Source of the DNA: Eledone cirrhosa
Taxonomy: Eukaryota
Direction of reading: 5' to 3'
Length of the DNA: 64,000 nucleotides
NCBI GenBank assembly: GCA_964016885.1
Contig: OZ024741.1
Span: 152,086,001-152,150,000 of the forward strand
Shown here: in pieces, positions 14,958 to 25,584 of the stretch
How positions within the stretch are numbered: the first letter of the stretch is position 1
Layout of the letters: each line of letters starts with the position of its first letter
Notes under the pieces: model-generated
What the model was told of the DNA's origin: nothing
Database searches by the model: none
Seen by the model: the letters and a program-made list of their open reading frames with translations, nothing else
Made by a program: the position numbers and the translations under genes

Positions 14958-17399
14958 ATGGAAAAACAATATTTAGGAACCTCCTTAAAAAACATACCAA
15001 TACCTTCTAAGGACGACTTCTTACTCCTTATGATTCAGAAAACTAATAATTTTATCAGAAGAGTTAGATGGAGAGCCTACCACTTCGATAGAAAATCTAA
15101 ACAAGCAGATCGGAAATATATGTATGATTTCAATACTTACAAGAATCCACCACACAACTTTTTACTTGAAGACTTCGAGAAAGACCTTTTTAATTTAATT
15201 AAACACCTCAAATTTAAAAAGTATAAATCCGTCTTTCAAAAGGACCTTGATTCTACCCTATTGGACCTAAAAAAGTCTAAAAAAATCCATGTCCACTCGG
15301 ACAAAACTGGTAACTTGTATCATATGGATATTGAACATTATAATGAGTTCATATATAAAGAACTCAGAAAAAATTATAAAAAATCTAATAATGTGTCACT
15401 CACCAACATCAACAACAAAACACACAACATAGTAAAAAAACTAAACATTGAAGATAGAACTGAACCTTTGGCATTGAAAAGACCACACTTCAACCTGAAA
15501 GATCACAAATCTAACTTTAACTCTAATCCTTCTATTAGACTTATATGTCCCTCCAAATCAGATATTGGAATAATTAGCAAAAAAATTTTAGATAGAGTCA
15601 TCCCACAAATAAGAAAACACGTTATTTTACCACTCTGGGAAAACACCTCCCAGGTAATTAACTGGTTTAAAAATATTAGGTGTAAATCTTCTGCTTCTTT
15701 CCTACAATTTGATATAGATAATTACTATTCTTCTATATCACCTATACTCCTGAACAAAGCATTGATATTTGCTAAAAATAGATCTAGCTTAACTTCGGAT
15801 GACATTAACATTATTACACATGCTAGATTAACACTTATTGAATTTCAGAATGAATACTGGACCAGAAACACATACAGTAATCTTTTTGATATTACTATGG
15901 GTTCAAGCGATTCCGCCCAAATTACTGATCTTGTGGGCCTCTTTCTCCTTTTCAACATAAATGCCTCTTTTCCCCACCTCAAAGGTGGTTTATATCGTGA
16001 TGACTGTCTTCTTCTTTCTAACAACCTTAGCCTTTCAGAAATCGAAAAAAACAAAAAACATATTAGATCTTTCCTTAAAGACTATTATAATCTTAATATT
16101 ACTTTTGAAAAAACAAGTAAAGTAGTAAATTTCCTAGATATAACTTTAGATTTAGCTACGGGTATCTACCAACCTTACCATAAACCTAACCAAAACTTAC
16201 ATTACATACACTCACAATCTAATCACCCTAAATCTATCCTGAAAAACCTTGCATATAATATATCACTTAGAATTTCTAACCTTTCTTCTAACCAAGATGT
16301 ATTTGATAAAAATGCGACCTTTTATAATGAAGCTCTAGATAGAAGTGGCCACAAAAATAGATTAGAGTATATACCTTCTACTAAAAATACTGAAAGCATA
16401 CAGCATAATATTACCAACAAACACCAAATGAAAAGTACACACCTAAATGCCACCCACAATATACCCCAAAATACTAAATCTTCTAATATAAAGTATAGTA
16501 ACCCTCATAAAACTACTCATCATACAACTATAATAAATATTAATAATAAAACTCCAAATAAAAAAGATAAAACACCTAAATCTACAAATATAACTAAAAA
16601 TAGTTGTGGTGAGATCATTAACATTAATCCTCCTAGTAAAAATCACGATACAACCTATAAAAATAATAAAAATAATAAACAACATAGAAACCGTAATAGA
16701 CGAGTTACTTGGTATAATGCTCCTTTTAATTTACAAGTTAAGGATAATATTGCTAAAAAATTTTTTTATATCCTTGAGAAAAACTTCCCGCCAAACCACA
16801 AATACCATCAAATCTTAAATAGGTCTACAGTTAAATTCTCATACTCTACAACAAATAACATAAAACAAAATATAAGTGCATATAATGCATATAAATGTAA
16901 GAAAACCATAAGTATACCACCAGTACATCAAATTAACCATAATATCTCCTCAAATACAGAATTAACGAAAGGATGTAACTGTAGAAACAAAGCAAACTGC
17001 CCATTAAAAGGGAATTGTCTTGTTAACAACATAGTCTATAAATGTAATGTTAAAACTAAAGATTCTATTTGCTCATATATAGGAGCTACCTCTAACAATT
17101 TTAAGACAAGGTTTAATACCCACAAGCATAGTTTTAAAAATGCCGCACTGGCTAATACAACATCTCTAGCAGAAAAAATCAATAGTTATAAAAATAAGAA
17201 TATAAAATATGATTTGACCTGGAGTGTGCTCAAAAGAGCCACCCCTTATCAAAATAATAGAAAGGAATGTAGATTATGTTCCCAAGAACTATTTGAAATA
17301 ATGAAGTCTAAGGATATCTTATTAAATAAACGACAGGAATTAATTATATCGTGTAATCATAAACTAAAAAAAACATTTAAATATTATAAACCTAATTAA
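14958..17399 (+). CDS. Intact Penelope-like (Naiad-type) retroelement polyprotein: reverse transcriptase + Cys knuckle + C-terminal GIY-YIG endonuclease
   Basis: Uninterrupted ORF (track starts at TTG 14937; first ATG 14958). Motifs: N-terminal SLKNIPIP...FIRRVRWRAYHF; RT FLQFDIDNYYSSI, ITMGSSDSAQITDLVG, GGLYRDD, VNFLDITL, YIHSQSNHP; knuckle CNCRNKANCPLKGNC; GIY-YIG IVYKC...SYIGATSNNFKTRFNTHKHSF; CRLC...CNH. Confidence 0.93.
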   Translation: MEKQYLGTSLKNIPIPSKDDFLLLMIQKTNNFIRRVRWRAYHFDRKSKQADRKYMYDFNTYKNPPHNFLLEDFEKDLFNLIKHLKFKKYKSVFQKDLDSTLLDLKKSKKIHVHSDKTGNLYHMDIEHYNEFIYKELRKNYKKSNNVSLTNINNKTHNIVKKLNIEDRTEPLALKRPHFNLKDHKSNFNSNPSIRLICPSKSDIGIISKKILDRVIPQIRKHVILPLWENTSQVINWFKNIRCKSSASFLQFDIDNYYSSISPILLNKALIFAKNRSSLTSDDINIITHARLTLIEFQNEYWTRNTYSNLFDITMGSSDSAQITDLVGLFLLFNINASFPHLKGGLYRDDCLLLSNNLSLSEIEKNKKHIRSFLKDYYNLNITFEKTSKVVNFLDITLDLATGIYQPYHKPNQNLHYIHSQSNHPKSILKNLAYNISLRISNLSSNQDVFDKNATFYNEALDRSGHKNRLEYIPSTKNTESIQHNITNKHQMKSTHLNATHNIPQNTKSSNIKYSNPHKTTHHTTIININNKTPNKKDKTPKSTNITKNSCGEIININPPSKNHDTTYKNNKNNKQHRNRNRRVTWYNAPFNLQVKDNIAKKFFYILEKNFPPNHKYHQILNRSTVKFSYSTTNNIKQNISAYNAYKCKKTISIPPVHQINHNISSNTELTKGCNCRNKANCPLKGNCLVNNIVYKCNVKTKDSICSYIGATSNNFKTRFNTHKHSFKNAALANTTSLAEKINSYKNKNIKYDLTWSVLKRATPYQNNRKECRLCSQELFEIMKSKDILLNKRQELIISCNHKLKKTFKYYKPN

Positions 17400-17932
17400 T
17401 AACATTATTCTAGAAATTAATTTAATTTAAATGTTAGTTAACCTATAAATTTAATTTAATTAATATTTTATTACAGATGAGAATATAAAATATTATGTAA
17501 TCATAAATTGTGAAAAACCTTTAAATATTACTAATATATACTTAGTAATTTAATTTATAGATTAATTTTAATTTATTTAAACCTTTTATTATAACTCTTT
17601 TACAGATAAAATATAACAAAATAATATCGTGTATCCAATGACAGAGAAATAATTTTTAGTATTATAGACCTAATTAATATACATTTTGGAAATATATTTA
17701 TTATTTGGTTTTAGTTTTAATCAACCTAAAAATTTTAATTTTAATTTGCTTAAGATTAGTATCCTTATACAGACGAATTGCAGAATGTCATGTAATCATA
17801 GAATGGGATGTGTTTTGGATATATACCTAGTTAATATATTCTGTGTAATTTTTTGAAAAAGATATGTATATGTATATGTGTATGTGTATGTGTGTGTGTG
17901 TATGTGTATCTGTATGTATGTATATATGTGTA

Positions 17933-17977
<45 letters not shown>

Positions 17978-19116
17978 ATATGTATGTATATGTGTATGTG
18001 TATGTATATGTATATGTATGCGTATTAATTTTGATTTCTATTTGCATATAATTATATTATGCTATTGATGAAATACAATATCTGCTTTATGTATTGTATA
18101 CCTAATTAACATATACTAATTAACATATACTATTGAAATAAATATATAATTTTTAATTTAGTTAACATATAATTTATATGCTACTACCGATGTAATACTT
18201 TATTTTATTTTTATTTGGGTTTCTTTTCCCTATTACTAAATTCATTTCCTAATATTGATACCATAACGTTATTAACTTTAATTTAGTTATACTGTAATTA
18301 ATAATCTACTACTGTTTGACTTCAAAATTCTGCTTCAAATATTATAAACCTAACTAATTTACACCTTAGAAATCAATATGTTGACTATCTTTGGTTTAGT
18401 TAACATATGATTAATGATATACTTATTTATTTTGAGATGCATAGATTTTGCCTTGGTTCTTGTTTGTCGTATTTCCTAGCACTGTAAATATGTAAGAACA
18501 TACATTGAATAAAGATACGGAAAATATATTATATGTTTCTTGAAACATATATTTACTTTGATCCCCTTCTCCAAACCCCCCCTTTCCCCCATACTATTAT
18601 CATCTGTATTTGTAAGCGTCTATGTATGAATATATATGTAGGTAGGTGTATATATATGTTTGGGTATTTATATCTAAATATAAAAATACATATATGCGCA
18701 TGCAAATATGAATGTAAGATTGCGTGTGTATATATGAGTGTACATATGTATGTGTATATATATGTATATATATGCATTATATATGTATGTGTATGTGAAT
18801 GTGTTATATGTATATGTGTATGTATGTGTATATATGTGTATGTATGTGTATGCTTGTATATATAGGAATATATATATGTGTATATATATATGTATATGTA
18901 TATGCGTGTGTATGTATGTATGTGTACGTGTGTTGTGTATATATATGTATGTCTCTCTATTTATATGTTTATCTTCGTATCTATGTGATATATGTGTGTG
19001 TGTGTGCACGTATGCATATGTATGTGTTTGTGTGTGTTTGTATGTGTGTGTGTATATAGGTGTATGTGCGCACACACACATACACATATATATATATGTG
19101 AGTGTGTATGTGTGTC

Positions 19117-19153
<37 letters not shown>

Positions 19154-19458
19154 GTGTATATATATATATATAGATATATATATATATATATAGGTGTCTA
19201 TGTGTGAATATATGTCTTTATTCGTATGTGTGCATTTATGTATGTATATGTTTATGTGTATGTATGTATGTGTATGTATGTATGTATATATATATATATA
19301 TATATGTATATGTATATATATATATGTATATTATTCTTTATTATTATAATATAACTTATGTGTATATGTGTATAAGTGAGGTTGTGTATGTGTATATAAT
19401 ATGTGTATATATAAGTGTAAAAAAATATATATATATATATGTGCATGTCTGTTTTTTA

Positions 19459-19535
<77 letters not shown>

Positions 19536-19622
19536 GTGGGTGTTTGTATGTGTATTTATGGTGGTATGAGTGTGTGGATATATATGTTTATATATATATA
19601 TATATATATATGTATGAGTGTA

Positions 19623-19663
<41 letters not shown>

Positions 19664-19964
19664 ATATATATGTATATATATATATGTGTATGTATGTGTG
19701 TATATATATATATCTCTATTAATGCGTGTGTGTATGTATATACATATGCCTTTTTATTATTATTTTTATTTGTATGTCTGAGTTAGGTGAGGTTGTAGTG
19801 TTTTTTATGTATATACGCGTATATGGAAGCGTATGTATTTATATATATGAATATAAGTAGGTGCATATGTATGTATGATTATATATCTAATTCTATGTAT
19901 GAATGTACATCTATATATATATATGTGTGTATGTAAGTTGTGTGTGTATGTATCTATATGTCTA

Positions 19965-20013
<49 letters not shown>

Positions 20014-20091
20014 CGATGTGCGTATATGTATGTACATGTATGTACATGTATGTGTGTATGTATGTGTATGTATATTTAGATGTATGTGTAT

Positions 20092-20137
<46 letters not shown>

Positions 20138-20954
20138 ATATATGTATGGATATATATCTTTATTATTTATTTTTTATATATATGTGTATGTGTGTATGTG
20201 TTGCGTGTGTGTGTGTGTGTATATATATATCTTTATATATGTGTATGTGTATGTTCGTGTAAGTGTATATGTGTGTATGACTGTATATGTATGTGTGTAT
20301 GTGTGTATGCGTAAATATTTCTATGTGCGCGTACATGTATGTATGTGTATATATCTGTATGTGTATGTATATTATATTATATTTATTATATTTTATTGTT
20401 TTATTTTTTTATTTTTCTTAATTTATAGATACATTTATATTAGGCAGTCTGCTCAGACAATTGAATACTGACCCCTCCCCCCCCCTCCCACCTAATTTCT
20501 GTATCTTGATCTTGAAATGTGTGTGCCAGTGTTTTATGTGAGTGATTTAATTTCCATGTGCTTATGATTTTATATCCACATATATAAATGTGAGTGGGGG
20601 TGTGTGTGTGTTTGTATGTTCGTGGTTATGTGTATATTTATGCATATACGCGCGTGTATGTGTGATTGTACTGATATGTGTGAGTATGAAAAAATATATT
20701 TATATGCTTGACTCCATAAGTATCAATGCGCATCTTATCAGCGCATTTTAAGCTTACAGAGATATTAACCTTGAAATTTTGTGTTTGCATCCATCTTTTT
20801 AGTATGCGTATACAAGTTATACATACATTTTTGTAAAATATGTGTAAGGATTTTACATGTATATACACACACCGAACTGCTTTTAACCCTTTGTGTTTTC
20901 ATTGGTCAATTTTGAACTGAAATTTTGAATTGTTGTTATTATCAATAAATATAC

Positions 20955-21109
20955 TTCATTATTTCTGAAGACGGCGTATATATGTGTTAGGTATGTATAT
21001 TTAATCTTGATAATTTGTATAATTTTGTATAATTTTGTACATAGATCTGTTGAATATGCATACCAATTATAACACATATATACCCTAGAAACGATCGTTA
21101 AATAATGAA
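20955..21109 (+). ncRNA. Type I hammerhead ribozyme, 3' pLTR copy
   Basis: Same sequence as 14460-14614. Confidence 0.85.
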
Positions 21110-21160
21110 CTTTTTTTGTTTAATATAAGGAATTGTTTATTCATTATTTGTTTAATATTT

Positions 21161-21191
<31 letters not shown>

Positions 21192-21491
21192 TTGTGTGTG
21201 TATGTAAATATGTGTGTATGTATGTATATGTGTATGTATGTATACTAGAACAATGTGTGTATGTGTGTGTATACATATATATTTATATATATATATTTAT
21301 ATATAGTAATATGAAATACGTCCTTTCACGCACAAGGCGCCAAGGTACGCATGTATTGTCCAACCAAGTGCCAGTGTGGTTCAATGGCGGGTTAATAAAT
21401 TAACGAGCCAGAACAAATATAAACAAGGTTTAGTAAATAATGAAAAAGTTTCAAAATAAATTTTAAAAAATTGACTTTACCTACTATAGTT

Positions 21492-21575
21492 ACCTTTACC
21501 GATCGGTTTCGAATCCCAAAAATAAAACGTAGGCCATACGGCCTTCGTTGCAAAGAGAGATTCTCGTCAGAAGGT
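21492..21575 (-). ncRNA. Type I hammerhead ribozyme (483-bp unit 1)
   Basis: Minus strand reads acctt CTGACGA gaatctc...gggattc GAAA ccgatcgg TA aaggt. Confidence 0.9.
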
Positions 21576-21974
21576 TCTTTTCATTCAAAGAATATAAAAT
21601 TCCTGAATTTTAATCACAAACTAGCGCTATCAAAGACTGTTCCTGGGATGAGAGTGGATGATGTAGAACAGGTTTATCAAGGGCCGTAGTAAAGATAGAG
21701 GCAAAAGGAGGTAGGTCAAACTAGCCACCGCTGTTATCAGCAGCAGTCGGAATGACCCGGTTTGTTCTCAACGTTTGTGGAGGTAGTAGTAATATGAAAT
21801 ACGTCCTTTCACGCACAAGGCGCCAAGGTACGCATGTATTGTCCAACCAAGTGCCAGTGTGGTTCAATGGCGGGTTAATAAATTAACGAGCCAGAACAAA
21901 TATAAACAAGGTTTAGTAAATAATGAAAAAGTTTCAAAATAAATTTTAAAAAATTGACTTTACCTACTATAGTT

Positions 21975-22058
21975 ACCTTTACCGATCGGTTTCGAATCCC
22001 AAAAATAAAACGTAGGCCATACGGCCTTCGTTGCAAAGAGAGATTCTCGTCAGAAGGT
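21975..22058 (-). ncRNA. Type I hammerhead ribozyme (483-bp unit 2)
   Basis: Same as unit 1. Confidence 0.9.
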
Positions 22059-22457
22059 TCTTTTCATTCAAAGAATATAAAATTCCTGAATTTAAATCAC
22101 AAACTAGCGCTATCAAAGACTGTTCCTGGGATGAGAGTGGATGATGTAGAACAGGTTTATCAAGGGCCGTAGTAAAGATAGAGGCAAAAGGAGGTAGGTC
22201 AAACTAGCCACCGCTGTTATCAGCAGCAGTCGGAATGACCCGGTTTGTTCTCAACGTTTGTGGAGGTAGTAGTAATATGAAATACGTCCTTTCACGCACA
22301 AGGCGCCAAGGTACGCATGTATTGTCCAACCAAGTGCCAGTGTGGTTCAATGGCGGGTTAATAAATTAACGAGCCAGAACAAATATAAACAAGGTTTAGT
22401 AAATAATGAAAAAGTTTCAAAATAAATTTTAAAAAATTGACTTTACCTACTATAGTT

Positions 22458-22541
22458 ACCTTTACCGATCGGTTTCGAATCCCAAAAATAAAACGTAGGC
22501 CATACGGCCTTCGTTGCAAAGAGAGATTCTCGTCAGAAGGT
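22458..22541 (-). ncRNA. Type I hammerhead ribozyme (483-bp unit 3)
   Basis: Same as unit 1. Confidence 0.9.
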
Positions 22542-22939
22542 TCTTTTCATTCAAAGAATATAAAATTCCTGAATTTAAATCACAAACTAGCGCTATCAAA
22601 GACTGTTCCTGGGATGAGAGTGGATGATGTAGAACAGGTTTATCAAGGGCCGTAGTAAAGATAGAGGCAAAAGGAGGTAGGTCAAACTAGCCACCGCTGT
22701 TATCAGCAGCAGTCGGAATGACCGGTTTGTTCTCAACGTTTGTGGAGGTAGTAGTAATATGAAATACGTCCTTTCACGCACAAGGCGCCAAGGTACGCAT
22801 GTATTGTCCAACCAAGTGCCAGTGTGGTTCAATGGCGGGTTAATAAATTAACGAGCCAGAACAAATATAAACAAGGTTTAGTAAATAATGAAAAAGTTTC
22901 AAAATAAATTTTAAAAAATTGACTTTACCTACTATAGTT

Positions 22940-23023
22940 ACCTTTACCGATCGGTTTCGAATCCCAAAAATAAAACGTAGGCCATACGGCCTTCGTTGCA
23001 AAGAGAGATTCTCGTCAGAAGGT
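22940..23023 (-). ncRNA. Type I hammerhead ribozyme (483-bp unit 4)
   Basis: Same as unit 1. Confidence 0.9.
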
Positions 23024-23566
23024 TCTTTTCATTCAAAGAATATAAAATTCCTGAATTTAAATCACAAACTAGCGCTATCAAAGACTGTTCCTGGGATGAG
23101 AGTGGATGATGTAGAACAGGTTTATCAAGGGCCGTAGTAAAGATAGAGGCAAAAGGAGGTAGGTCAAACTAGCCACCGCTGTTATCAGCAGCAGTCGGAA
23201 TGACCCGGTTTGTTCTCAACGTTTGTGGAGGTAGTAGTAATATGAAATACGTCCTTTCACGCCCAAGGCGCCAAGGTACGCATGTATTGTCCAACCAAGT
23301 GCCAGTGTGGTTCAATGGCGGGTTAATAAATTAACGAGCCAGAACAAATATAAACAAGGTTTAGTAAATAATGAAAAAGTTTCAAAATAAATTTTTAAAA
23401 ATTGACTTTACCTACTATAGTTACCTTTACCGATATTTATATATATGTATGTGTACACATGTATACATATATGTGTGTTTGTGTGTGTATATATGTATGT
23501 GTGTATGTATGTATACTGGAACAATATCGAGAATTATACATATCACCAAAGTTACATGCATTATAT

Positions 23567-23865
23567 ATACAGGATGAGTCATAAGTAACCGGGGAGTCCA
23601 ACATTTATATTCCAAAATGATATTTACTAAAATTCTGGTCATACTGTACGAATTTATAAATACATCAAACAAAAGTAGTTAAAAGAAATAATCAAAGTAA
23701 GTGTTCGAAAAGCTGACCCCGTTCCTCAATATATTTCAAAGCTCTATCAAGAACAGAATGGTATATATGTCGAATAAAGTGGACATTGATTTCTGCACTA
23801 TCTTTCCTTTAAGCTGCTAAACACCCCAAAGGAAAAAGTCAAGAGGTATAAGATAAGGAGATCAG
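23567..23865 (-). mobile_element. Tc1/mariner-superfamily transposon relic
   Basis: TIR-like tacaggatgagtcataa. Minus strand reads SPYLIPLDFFLWG, resembling SPDLTPLDFFLWG. Confidence 0.6.
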
Positions 23866-23989
23866 AGAATCACTCCAGGTAGAGACGCTATATCTACGAA
23901 TTAAAACATTACAGCTCCGATATTACGGGCATGTGATTAGAATGTCTCATGAAAGAATCTGACCAACGATTCTTTCTTAGGATATTTCG

Positions 23990-25510
23990 CCCGCTTGTAT
24001 TCGCGATGGTATTCTTTTGATCATTACACAAGATCCCTGACCATAAGTAAGGGTCAGTACGAATACCGAATTGAAAATACCGAATTTCGCTATTACACCG
24101 ACCTCTTTCTTCTGATTACCGAATACTGAAGCTGACGCAGTTATACGCCAGCTCCTGCAATTCTTTCTCTTAATTCAAATACTTGTCTTCCATCACTCGT
24201 GAATACAGCCCCGAGATACTTGAACTTCTCCACCTGCTTCAGTGGAACTCGATCACATTACAGTGCACTGCACAGGCTTCCTTGAGAGAGTGAGTGTCTC
24301 AATCTTCGCAGTACTGATCTTCATTCCAGCCATGCAGCACTCAGCATTAAACCTATCAAATACAAGTCGGCATCCTTGACCTCTTGATTGAACCAAGGTT
24401 TTCTCCTCCCACCCTGCGCCCACTAAGCCTCAACAGATTTCGCCCGCAACATTTAATAGCTGAAGTAGAAACTGCTGAGTTGAACAGTCGCCACTTCGTT
24501 TCAACGTCGTCGGTTTGCTCAGGGAGTTCTCTGAATTTGCATGCAACAGTGTCTGTTTACCTGATCATGACTTCCTTATCCACCAACGCTCCCCCTTTAT
24601 GCTATAGGTTGGCCTGCCAGTTTTGTGGGCTTATTTGGCTTTAAGTGGTCTCAATTTGCAGATAGTTAGATGGTGATCAGATAACCGCTCAGCACGTCTC
24701 TTACCACAAACATCAGAGACAATAACAAAATCAGTTATTGATCTCTGTCGCAAATTCCCCTTTACCCTTGTACCATGTATATTTATGGATGTCACTATGT
24801 TGAAAGAAGTGTTGATAATAGAGAGTCCATTGCTAGAACAAAAGTCTATTAAGGCTTCTCCATTCGTATTTAGATCGGGATTGCTGTTCTTTCCAATCAC
24901 TCCTTTCCATGTCAAGTGGTCAGTGCCAACATGTACATTGAAGTCTCCTATTAGGATATGACTTAGACTTAACTACATCAAATGGTGCAGTGATTTCATC
25001 AAGGAAGGATCTGTATTCGGACGCCTTGTTTGGTGTATAAACTTGCACCACCCACAGAGACCTATCTTTCAGCCTAAACTTCCTCATATCCATAACACAT
25101 TCTGACGGCCAGTAGCTTGTTAGTATCTCCACTCCCGCCTGTGCAGTCATTTCTGGCACCATAACTGAACAGTGGAGCTTCCATCCTCCATCAAAATCTA
25201 CAATATCAGAGCCACCTTGTTGAGGAAATCCCTACTATATTTAGCCGGTAACATCTTGCCTCCTCCACTAGCCCCTCCTCTTTGCCTCTAAGGATTGTGC
25301 TGTTCCAGGTTCCAATTGTCATGGTTTGGCCACTTCCAAACCGTCTTTGGCATCTCGGGATACGCAACATTTGTGCGTCCATCCCACACCTCCCAAGACA
25401 GATCGCAGGCTCATCGCCAGCATGAAATGGAACTGCAATATATTTTTCGAATAGTTCCCTCTACCTAAGGCCTGAACGCGTCATTTGTTAACCCGCGAGG
25501 GGCGATGGGG
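23990..25510 (-). pseudogene. Degraded RTE-clade LINE (APE and RT-end fragments)
   Basis: VVQVYTPN, WKGVIGKNSNPDLNTNG, SITDFVIVS, SDHHL, QVEKFKYLG. Confidence 0.72.
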
Positions 25511-25584
25511 TATGATTCTTTTTCTTACTTCTCAACATATTGCAGTGCTTGAGTGTATACATATATGTGTGTATGTATATATAT

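Larger units (their letters stand above)
14266..21163 (+). mobile_element. Full-length PLE: partial pseudo-LTR (pLTR) - ORF - long 3' UTR - pLTR
   Basis: 14266-~14668 is repeated directly at 20761-21163 (offset 6495 bp). Both copies contain an HHR. The 3' end runs into (TA)n. Confidence 0.88.
21305..23434 (-). mobile_element. Tandem array of ~4.4 x 483-bp non-coding units, each with an HHR (retrozyme-like)
   Basis: Units start at 21305, 21788, 22271, 22753 and 23236 and are nearly identical. Flanked by TA/CA microsatellites. Confidence 0.88.

Noticed and set aside
14958-17399. Selenocysteine recoding, reported for some Naiad elements
   Set aside because: No in-frame TGA in this ORF; conserved Cys positions are ordinary Cys here and in the 43824-45083 copy.
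21335-21390. tRNA-like A/B boxes in the 483-bp unit (aggcgccaagg, ggttcaatggc)
   Set aside because: Weak match and no cloverleaf.
21471-21689. Repeated 72-aa ORF MTLPTIVTFTDRF... and 60-aa ORF MASYSVCKH... (46358, 46825)
   Set aside because: Non-ATG starts, antisense to the ribozyme, no recognisable domain; repeated only because the unit is repeated.
21305-23434. CRISPR-like array interpretation
   Set aside because: Units are identical over 483 bp with no variable spacers; eukaryotic context and no cas genes.
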